Shown here: one piece after another, positions 1 through 6,778 of the stretch
How positions within the stretch are numbered: position 1 is the first letter of the stretch
How the letters are laid out: each line of letters begins with the position of its first letter
Assembly: GCA_036351155.1 (NCBI GenBank)
Contig: JAZBOO010000386.1
Coordinates: forward strand, 1-20,728
Source: Candidatus Krumholzibacteriia bacterium
GTDB lineage: Bacteria > Krumholzibacteriota > Krumholzibacteriia > LZORAL124-64-63
Reading direction: 5' to 3'
Length of the DNA: 20,728 bases
Made by a program: the position numbers and the translations under genes
Notes under the pieces: generated by a model
Told to the model about the DNA's origin: nothing
Database searches by the model: none
The model's input: the letters and a program-made list of their open reading frames with translations, nothing else

Positions 1-845
1 ATGTCCCGCAGGGAACCACCCTCGTGAGGCCCCCCGGCTGCAAATAGGGCCGTCAACACGCTGGCCACGCTGCTCACTTCATAGGAGCCGGGCCTGTGCA
101 CTGCCCCGACCACGAACACGCGGATGGCGCGCAGCTGCCCCAGGGTCACCTCGACCTGGGTGTCGCCCCCGGATCCGGTGTCAATGGTGGAATGAGACCT
201 GGCCAGGGCCTGCCGCACCGCCTGGTCCACCTGACCCAGGGAACGGCCCGCGCACATGATTTTCCCACCTCGCGGCAAGATGATGGCACCGTCCCGGTCC
301 ACCACCCGGGTTTCCTGGAATTCGATTCCGCCCCAGACGTTGACCACGACCTCATCGCCCACCCCCAGCTGATAGTCCGCCGGAACAGGGCCGAAGGTCG
401 GGGGAGCAAATGATTCGGGGGCCATCTGAAAAAAGTCGGCGCCAAAGAAACCGCCGGTCTCATCGGAGAGAGCTTCGGAGGCCAGCGCCTGCGCCAGGGC
501 CTCTTCCCGTTCCTTCAGCAGGGTTGCTTCCAGGGGGAGCAGAACCGATTCCTCGGTATCACGGAACCGTTCCGCGGGAATGCTGTCGTCCACACCCTCA
601 AGGCTGGTCCGCCCGGGCTCGGCAATCCCAGCGGTGTCTTTCAATGACGAGGCCTGCCCCGCACGAGTCTGATAACGCCGCATCAGCTCTTCCTTGCTGA
701 GCCCGGTCTGACGAGAAGCCTCTTCCAGCATCTGGGGAGTGAATTCCTGGGCCGGAGCCGGGACTGCCGCCAGCAGAAGAAAAAGCCCCAGCAGCATGAG
801 GGAACAGGTCCGTGCCACGTGTTGTTGACAAGAGGATTGGTACAT
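1..845 (-). CDS. Polysaccharide export protein (Wza/KpsD-like, Poly_export + SLBB domains), 5' part; runs off the window edge
   Basis: Hand translation of an open minus-strand frame not in the ORF track: ATG at 845 with GGAGG about 9 nt upstream. Signal-peptide-like MYQSSCQQHVARTCSLMLLGLFLLLAAVPAPA/QEF, then GPVPADYQLGVGDEVVVNVWG...VDRDGAIILPRGG (Poly_export) and IRVFVVGAVHRPGSYEVSSVASVLTALFAAGGP..GSLRD (SLBB). Confidence 0.88.
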   Translation of the reverse strand, partial: MYQSSCQQHVARTCSLMLLGLFLLLAAVPAPAQEFTPQMLEEASRQTGLSKEELMRRYQTRAGQASSLKDTAGIAEPGRTSLEGVDDSIPAERFRDTEESVLLPLEATLLKEREEALAQALASEALSDETGGFFGADFFQMAPESFAPPTFGPVPADYQLGVGDEVVVNVWGGIEFQETRVVDRDGAIILPRGGKIMCAGRSLGQVDQAVRQALARSHSTIDTGSGGDTQVEVTLGQLRAIRVFVVGAVHRPGSYEVSSVASVLTALFAAGGPHEGGSLRD

Positions 846-905
846 TATCGGACCCTCCCTGGCCCTCAATCACCACCAATGGGGGAAATTCATCGTCTTT
901 GAAGG

Positions 906-934
906 ATTATTGGCCACTCGGCACCGGTCGTCAA
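906..934 (-). promoter_or_regulatory. Putative sigma70-type promoter for the polysaccharide export gene
   Basis: Minus strand TTGACG (934-929), 17-nt spacer, AATAAT (911-906), starting immediately after the glycosyltransferase stop codon. Confidence 0.55.
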
Positions 935-2188
935 CTAAAGGTCTGCGGCGGCCAGATCTTCCAGGGTATCGATCATGGCACCGTAAACGGTCGTGGCACG
1001 AAATCTGGCGGCAAAAAGCTCGTGGGCCTGCCGACTCATTTGGGCACGCAGTTCCTCACGGGTAAGCAAGGTCTGGACCGAGCGGACAAAACCTCCGGCA
1101 TCACCTTCCTCATAGAAAAGCCCCACTCCGGCAGGTTCCAGAACCTGACGTGAATAACCACCCAGGCAACTGACCACCGGCAGGCCCTGGCTCAGATATT
1201 CCAGGAACTTGTTGGGCAAATTCTCGGTGAAATTGGCGTTGTTCCGGTAGGGGGTCACACCCATCACCGAGCGTTGCATGATCACCCTCAGGGCGGGTTC
1301 ATCCACCCAGCCGGAAAAGAGGATATTGGCGGCCCCCTCGGCCAGGCCGCGCAGCTGTTGCTCTCCCACTCCACTGCCGCAGAAAACCAGGCGGGCCTGA
1401 CCTTCCAGCTGTCGCATGCCCTCCACCAGGGTGGAAAAATCGAAGGCGGTGAAATTGAACGAGCCGATGAAGCAGATGGTGGGCAACGGGTCGTCGGCCC
1501 GCACCCCCAGGTCATCCCAGAACTGGCCGGCCTGATGCAGCAGATCATCGGGCAGGGGGGAGTCCGGGTAGGCGTGGGGAAAATCGAGGTCCCATGGGCC
1601 GACCGCTCGTCCAGCATGAGCCAGACCCCACCGGACAAAGCCCGGCGTCACTCCCCACACAGCCCGGGCGGCGCGGCATGCCGTCCGCGCATCGCGGAAC
1701 AGGGGCCGCAGCACCTGCCTGGCCAGAGGTCGGGCCAGGGCGGGCGCCTGGTCCACCATGAAATCGGGCCACTTGTCCCGGATGTCGATCACCAGAGGAA
1801 TGCCGTGCCCGGAAGCATACACCGCGGCCTCACGAGGCAGATCCAGAATAGGAATGCTGGCCAGGATCACATCGGGCACCGGCTGGTGGGCAGACAATCG
1901 GCGGAACTCCCGGCCTATCTCGCGGTGATTCCGAAAACGGGCCAGGCTGATGTTCTTTCCGTAAAATCGGCCGTGCAGATGGCACACTCGTGAGTGAGCA
2001 TCCATCTCAACCAGGGTACTTTCCTCGAAACGCAGCTTCTTCTCGAAATGGTGCATGGTGGAGGACCACCAGGTCACGTCATGGCCGCGGGCGCGCAACA
2101 GCTGGAAGACCTGCCCCATGCGCCACAGCCGTGGCTGCCCCGGGTCGGTGGGCAGGGGCTCATTGATGTTGGCGATCCAGATTTTCAC
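935..2188 (-). CDS. Glycosyltransferase family 4 (GT-B fold)
   Basis: MKIWI...LRARGHDVTWW N-terminus, LVIDIRDKWPD, FSGWV and PNKFLEYLSQGLPVV donor-binding motif. GTG at 2188 preferred because AAAGGA lies 8 nt upstream; ATG at 2197 is the alternative. Confidence 0.88.
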   Translation of the reverse strand: MKIWIANINEPLPTDPGQPRLWRMGQVFQLLRARGHDVTWWSSTMHHFEKKLRFEESTLVEMDAHSRVCHLHGRFYGKNISLARFRNHREIGREFRRLSAHQPVPDVILASIPILDLPREAAVYASGHGIPLVIDIRDKWPDFMVDQAPALARPLARQVLRPLFRDARTACRAARAVWGVTPGFVRWGLAHAGRAVGPWDLDFPHAYPDSPLPDDLLHQAGQFWDDLGVRADDPLPTICFIGSFNFTAFDFSTLVEGMRQLEGQARLVFCGSGVGEQQLRGLAEGAANILFSGWVDEPALRVIMQRSVMGVTPYRNNANFTENLPNKFLEYLSQGLPVVSCLGGYSRQVLEPAGVGLFYEEGDAGGFVRSVQTLLTREELRAQMSRQAHELFAARFRATTVYGAMIDTLEDLAAADL

Positions 2189-2214
2189 CCTTGGCATCCT
2201 TTCCGATCGGGTCC

Positions 2215-2242
2215 ATCATAGCGGCCACCGGGGCCCGGTCAA
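2215..2242 (-). promoter_or_regulatory. Putative sigma70-type promoter for the glycosyltransferase
   Basis: Minus strand TTGACC (2242-2237), 16-nt spacer, TATGAT (2220-2215), just upstream of the RBS. Confidence 0.55.
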
Positions 2243-2302
2243 GCGAGGACCTGCCCCGCGATTGAACCAGTCTCCCACCGCCCACCGCACGAGTATGGAG
2301 CC

Positions 2303-3250
2303 ATGAAAAATTCACAGAACACTCCCCTGCGCGCCGCCGTCATCGGCACCGGTTATCTGGGACGATTCCACGCCCAGAAATATGCTACGTTGCCCGATGT
2401 CGAGCTGGCCTTCGTCGTGGACAGCGATGGTGCCCGGGCCCAGGCCATGGGCCAGGAACTGGGCGTTCCCTTCGTCCAGGACTTCATGGAAATTCGCGAC
2501 CAGATCCAGGTGGCTTCCGTGGTCACGCCCACCAGCGGTCACCACGACATCGCCCTTCCCCTGCTCGAGGCCGGCGTCCACCTTCTGGTGGAAAAACCCA
2601 TCACCACCACCGAGGATCAAGCCCGTGCCCTGATCAAGGCTGCCTCTGACCAGAAGGTGGTCCTGCAGGTTGGCCATCTGGAGCGCTTCAACCCCGCCGT
2701 CCAGGTGCTGCACCGTGAGGTCAAGCAACCCTTGTTTGTCGAAGCCCACCGGCTCAGCAAGTTCAACGGACGGGCCACCGATGTGGACGTGGTGCTGGAC
2801 CTCATGATCCACGATCTGGATATCCTGCTGTCCCTGGTCGACGGACCGGTCACCGAGGTGCGCGCCACCGGCGTGCCCATCATGACCCCCAACGTGGACA
2901 TGGCCAACGCCCGCTTGACCTTCGCGGGCGGCTGCACGGCCAACCTCACGGCCAGCCGCATGTCGTTCAAGGATATGCGGAAATTCCGGGTCTTTCATCC
3001 GGGAGGCTACGTGGCGGCCGACTGCGCCTTGAAGGAGAATCTTGTTTTTCGTAAACCGGAAAGTCCGGGAGTCCTGCCGGTTCCCGAGAAGCTGGAACAC
3101 GGGCCGGTGGATAATCTGATGGAGGAGATCAAGGCCTTCCTCGCGGCCGTCCGCGGAGAAGCGCCCGTTCCGGTCACCGGTGAAGATGGCCTGCGCGCGC
3201 TGGAACTGGCTGGGCTGATCAACGCGGCCATTGCCGAGCAGCTGCCCTGA
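2303..3250 (+). CDS. Gfo/Idh/MocA family NAD-dependent oxidoreductase, GnnA-like (putative UDP-GlcNAc 3-dehydrogenase type)
   Basis: Rossmann motif VIGTGYLGRFHAQKY, LVEKP, VGHLERFNPA, DVDVVLDLMIHDLD, ANLTASR. This motif set resembles GnnA as I recall it; the substrate is inferred. Confidence 0.85.
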   Translation: MKNSQNTPLRAAVIGTGYLGRFHAQKYATLPDVELAFVVDSDGARAQAMGQELGVPFVQDFMEIRDQIQVASVVTPTSGHHDIALPLLEAGVHLLVEKPITTTEDQARALIKAASDQKVVLQVGHLERFNPAVQVLHREVKQPLFVEAHRLSKFNGRATDVDVVLDLMIHDLDILLSLVDGPVTEVRATGVPIMTPNVDMANARLTFAGGCTANLTASRMSFKDMRKFRVFHPGGYVAADCALKENLVFRKPESPGVLPVPEKLEHGPVDNLMEEIKAFLAAVRGEAPVPVTGEDGLRALELAGLINAAIAEQLP

Positions 3251-3253
3251 TCA

Positions 3254-4336
3254 TCAGCAACCCAGAACCGCCCGGGCCGCCGCCTCGTCCCGGGCCAGCT
3301 GGGCGGTCAGTTCTTCCACTCCGCTGAAGCGAGTCTCGCCCCGCAAGCGGGTCACCCAGTCCACCTTCACGTTGCGCCCGCGCAAATCTCCGGTGAACCC
3401 GAAGATGTTGGCTTCCAGACGGGGTTCGGGTAACCCCTCGGCGTGAAAGGTGGGGACATAGCCGAAATTCAGCATGCCGCCAAACACCACCCAGTCACTG
3501 GCCGCCGAGCTGAGCAGCTCCCCTTGCAGATCCACCTCGGGCAAGGCTTCGCTCACGCGGGACAGAACCCCGGGCTCATCTCCCACCACCACATCGCCCG
3601 GGACCTGGATGCGCACCGCGTACACCCCGGTTTCCGGCAAAAGCTTCATGGCGTCCAGCGAGGTGATATTGGCCGTGGGGTAGCCGATGGTCCGGCCTCT
3701 GCCATCGCCCGGCACCACTTCGCCCCACAGGGCGTAGGGTCGCCCGAGCATCGACGCGGCCAGATCCATATCCCCCGCCTGGACAGCCCGGCGAATGGCC
3801 GAACTGCTGATGATCTGCTCACCTTCCCGCACCGGCGGAAAAACCTCGAGGGAATAGCCCAGATCCTGTCCCAGTTCGGCCAGGGACTGGGCGGTGCCCC
3901 GACGATCGGCGCCCAGATGCACATCATAGCCAGCCACCAGATGCTTCATGCCCAGGTACTTGACCAGAAACTTGTCCACGAATTCGTGATAGGGAAGACG
4001 CGCCAGATCCGGGCAAAAATCCACCGCCACGATGGTCTCGCAGCCGCCCTCTTCCAGCAAACTCAGCTTCTCGCGCCAGGTGGTCAACAGGAAGGGATCG
4101 CTGGCTCCATCCAGCACGAGCCGGGGGTGCTGCATGAAGGTGAAGATGGCGCCGGCGGCCAGACCCATGTCCTTCTTCGAGGTGCGCACGCCCTGGATGA
4201 GAGCCTGATGTCCGCGGTGCAATCCATCGAATGACCCCACGGTCAAAGCGCACGACTCCAGCTTGGGTCCGCGCAGACCGATCCGTCCGGAAATCACCTG
4301 ACCGATGTACTCTTCACTGAGGCGGATCAGTCGCAA
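3254..4336 (-). CDS. ribF: Bifunctional riboflavin kinase / FAD synthetase
   Basis: GSFDGLHRGHQ (HxGH), ISSSAIR, GDGRGRTIGYPTAN, GVYAV. TTG start overlaps the truB stop; canonical position after truB. Confidence 0.95.
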   Translation of the reverse strand: MRLIRLSEEYIGQVISGRIGLRGPKLESCALTVGSFDGLHRGHQALIQGVRTSKKDMGLAAGAIFTFMQHPRLVLDGASDPFLLTTWREKLSLLEEGGCETIVAVDFCPDLARLPYHEFVDKFLVKYLGMKHLVAGYDVHLGADRRGTAQSLAELGQDLGYSLEVFPPVREGEQIISSSAIRRAVQAGDMDLAASMLGRPYALWGEVVPGDGRGRTIGYPTANITSLDAMKLLPETGVYAVRIQVPGDVVVGDEPGVLSRVSEALPEVDLQGELLSSAASDWVVFGGMLNFGYVPTFHAEGLPEPRLEANIFGFTGDLRGRNVKVDWVTRLRGETRFSGVEELTAQLARDEAAARAVLGC

Positions 4337-5367
4337 ATCTCGTCATCCTTGTTGGGGGAAGTCCGGGGTATCACCACGGCCGTGCAGGGCGTTCCGGTTT
4401 CATCCAATCGCCCCACCGCCACCAGGTCGCCGCACCTGTCCATCAGGCGAAACAACGGGTCCGATTTTCCCACGACCACCGGCGCAGCGTCCAGCCGTTT
4501 CAGCCAATCGGCTCCGGGTTGCCCGCCCTGCCGGATGGCCTCCGCTTCCTCGGTATCAAGGACCAGGGTCGGAGTCTGGGGCAAGGCCGCGGCCAGGGGC
4601 AACAGGTGGGAAACCAGTTCTTCGCCGGTGGCTTCCAGCACTCCGGTCACGGCCTTGGACAACGCGAAAGGTCCAATATCCAGGCGCCGCAGGGCACTCA
4701 GGTGGCCCACGGTTCCCCAGGCCAGGGCCACATCCCGGGCCAGGCTGCGCACATAGGTGCCGCTGGAGCAGTTCACCAGCAGGTCAACTTCATGGACCAG
4801 CGCGTCATCTTTCTGCTCACCCCAGCGCACCGCCTGCAACTCCAGGCGACGGATGGTGACGGGACGGGCCTCGGGCTCGGCGACTTCCTGGCCAGACCTC
4901 ACCCTCTTGTAAAGGGCCTGTCCATCTTTTTTCAGGGCGGAGATCAAGGGGGGGACCTGAAGGATGGGCCCACGGAAGCCCTCCAGCACGGACTCCAGCC
5001 CATCCGGAGTCGGGGGCACCGGGGCCTGCTCGGTGGTCTGCCCCATGCGGTCCAGAGTGTCGGTGCCCACCCCGAACGACACGGTGGCCGCATAGGTCTT
5101 GTCCTGCCCCAGCAGAAAGGGCGACAGACGCGACCCTTTACCCACCAGCACGATCAACAGGCCGGTGGCCATGGGGTCGAGGGTCCCGGCGTGCCCACAT
5201 TTGAAGCGAGGAGGTCGCGGCATACCACGGCCACGGGGTCCACGCACCGGGGTCAATGCCGGGTCGGTGGCAAGCAAAAGGCGGCGGACATGATCCACCA
5301 CCTTGAAAGACGTGATACCCTGGGGTTTATCGATCAGAAGAAGGCCGCCGGGACCCACCGCAGCCAT
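4327..5367 (-). CDS. truB: tRNA pseudouridine(55) synthase
   Basis: LLIDKPQGITS, GHAGTLDPMATG (catalytic Asp), QVPPLISALKKDGQALY, CSSGTYVRSLARD, LRRLDIGPF. Confidence 0.96.
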   Translation of the reverse strand: MAAVGPGGLLLIDKPQGITSFKVVDHVRRLLLATDPALTPVRGPRGRGMPRPPRFKCGHAGTLDPMATGLLIVLVGKGSRLSPFLLGQDKTYAATVSFGVGTDTLDRMGQTTEQAPVPPTPDGLESVLEGFRGPILQVPPLISALKKDGQALYKRVRSGQEVAEPEARPVTIRRLELQAVRWGEQKDDALVHEVDLLVNCSSGTYVRSLARDVALAWGTVGHLSALRRLDIGPFALSKAVTGVLEATGEELVSHLLPLAAALPQTPTLVLDTEEAEAIRQGGQPGADWLKRLDAAPVVVGKSDPLFRLMDRCGDLVAVGRLDETGTPCTAVVIPRTSPNKDDEICD

Positions 5368-5371
5368 GGGG

Positions 5372-6775
5372 TCAGTCCAGGGCGGCGGTCAGATCCAGCA
5401 GCAGGGTGGCCACCACGTCCTCGTGGGTGCCGGTCAGAGTGCAGCCTGCCGCCTGCTTGTGGCCGCCGCCACCGTGCCGGGCCGCCACCTGTTGCACATC
5501 ACCCTCGCCTCGAACCCGCAGGGAGACCCGCCAGGTATCGGTCTCGAGTTCCTTGATGAAAGCCACCAACCGAACGCCGTCCACACTGGTGGCAATGTTC
5601 ACGAACCCCTCGGTGTCGCTCAGGTTGCCGCCCGATTCTTCCAGCATGGCCTGAGTGGCCGTGGCCATCAGAATGCGGCCGTCCTGGTGGTAGGTGAAGC
5701 TGGCCAGAACCTTCTGGAGGAGATCCAGCCCTTCCGGACGATTGCGATTCAAGGTGGTGCGGGCGACCTCGGCCGTGTCCACCCCCAGGCTCGACAAACG
5801 ACGCGCCAGCTCGAAGGTGAAAGGCAAGGTGTTGCTGAAGCGGAAACTGCCCGTGTCGTTGATGAGCCCGGCGTAGATGTTGGTCCCCATGTCCAGAGTG
5901 AGGTCGAAGCGGTCCTCGTCGGGCAAGGCCTCTCCGGAACCCAGCACATCCAGCAGGCGATAAACCAGGGTGCAGGTGGAACAGCTCCGCGGTTCCACCC
6001 ACCCGTTTTCCGGGGCCTTGCGGCCACTGACCAGGTGATGATCCACGCAGAATCGCTGCGTGAACCGGTCCAGGACATCTTCCAGAGGGCCGGTGCGATC
6101 AATGCGATGGCAATCGACCAGGATCAGGGTGTCGGGCTGCTCGGCCGCAAAAAGCTCCTCGGCCTCGGTGCTTTCGGTCACCCGGTCGTAACCGGGCAGA
6201 TCGGTCAATCCCAGGGCGGGATCAGGATAACTGATCACCCGGACATGCTTCCCCATGGCTTCCAGCCCCATGCACAGCGCCAGGGCCGAACCGATGGCGT
6301 CGGGATCGGGATTGAAGTGGGGCACCACCCAGATGCTGCGCGCCTGGCTGATTCCGTTCAGGAGCTCCTGGGGAATATCCAGATCCTCCAGCGTCATCTG
6401 CTTGCGCCGCTCGTCCTCGCTCAGAAACTCACCCTGTGCAGCAAGCCCGTCCAGGACAGTGTCCAGGGCCACACTTTTTTCCACGGAGTCGTCGTAGATG
6501 AAGCGGAGATTGGGTGCCGCTCGCAATCCCAGGGTCCTGGTCAGCTTGCTCTGCAGAAAGCCGCGGGCTTTCTTGAGGCCGGCAAAACTGGTCTGCCGAT
6601 CATCCTCTTCACCCAGCATGGACCAGTACACCTCGGCCACCGAGTGATCCCGGTTCAGCTTCACGGAATTCAGGGTCACGAATCCCACACGAGGATCCTT
6701 GACCGCAGTGGTCAGCAGGTTGCTGAGAACCTCGAGAATCCCCTGGTTCAGCCGGTTGGTGCGATAAGGATCCAT
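5372..6775 (-). CDS. rbfA: Fusion protein: N-terminal 30S ribosome-binding factor RbfA (aa ~1-112) + DHH/DHHA1 phosphoesterase (NrnA-like, aa ~135-467)
   Basis: RbfA motifs KDPRVGFVT, DHSVAEVYWS, LRAAPNLRFIYDDS. Then, with no stop, DHH motifs HFNPDPDAIGS, LVDC, CVDHH, DTGSFRF, RVSLR and GGGGHKQAAG. Confidence 0.93.
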   Translation of the reverse strand: MDPYRTNRLNQGILEVLSNLLTTAVKDPRVGFVTLNSVKLNRDHSVAEVYWSMLGEEDDRQTSFAGLKKARGFLQSKLTRTLGLRAAPNLRFIYDDSVEKSVALDTVLDGLAAQGEFLSEDERRKQMTLEDLDIPQELLNGISQARSIWVVPHFNPDPDAIGSALALCMGLEAMGKHVRVISYPDPALGLTDLPGYDRVTESTEAEELFAAEQPDTLILVDCHRIDRTGPLEDVLDRFTQRFCVDHHLVSGRKAPENGWVEPRSCSTCTLVYRLLDVLGSGEALPDEDRFDLTLDMGTNIYAGLINDTGSFRFSNTLPFTFELARRLSSLGVDTAEVARTTLNRNRPEGLDLLQKVLASFTYHQDGRILMATATQAMLEESGGNLSDTEGFVNIATSVDGVRLVAFIKELETDTWRVSLRVRGEGDVQQVAARHGGGGHKQAAGCTLTGTHEDVVATLLLDLTAALD

Positions 6776-6778
6776 TGT

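Noticed and set aside
3494..3601. RibF insertion as a possible intein or intron
   Set aside because: Far too short, no N-terminal Cys/Ser or C-terminal His-Asn splice motif, and the frame is continuous.
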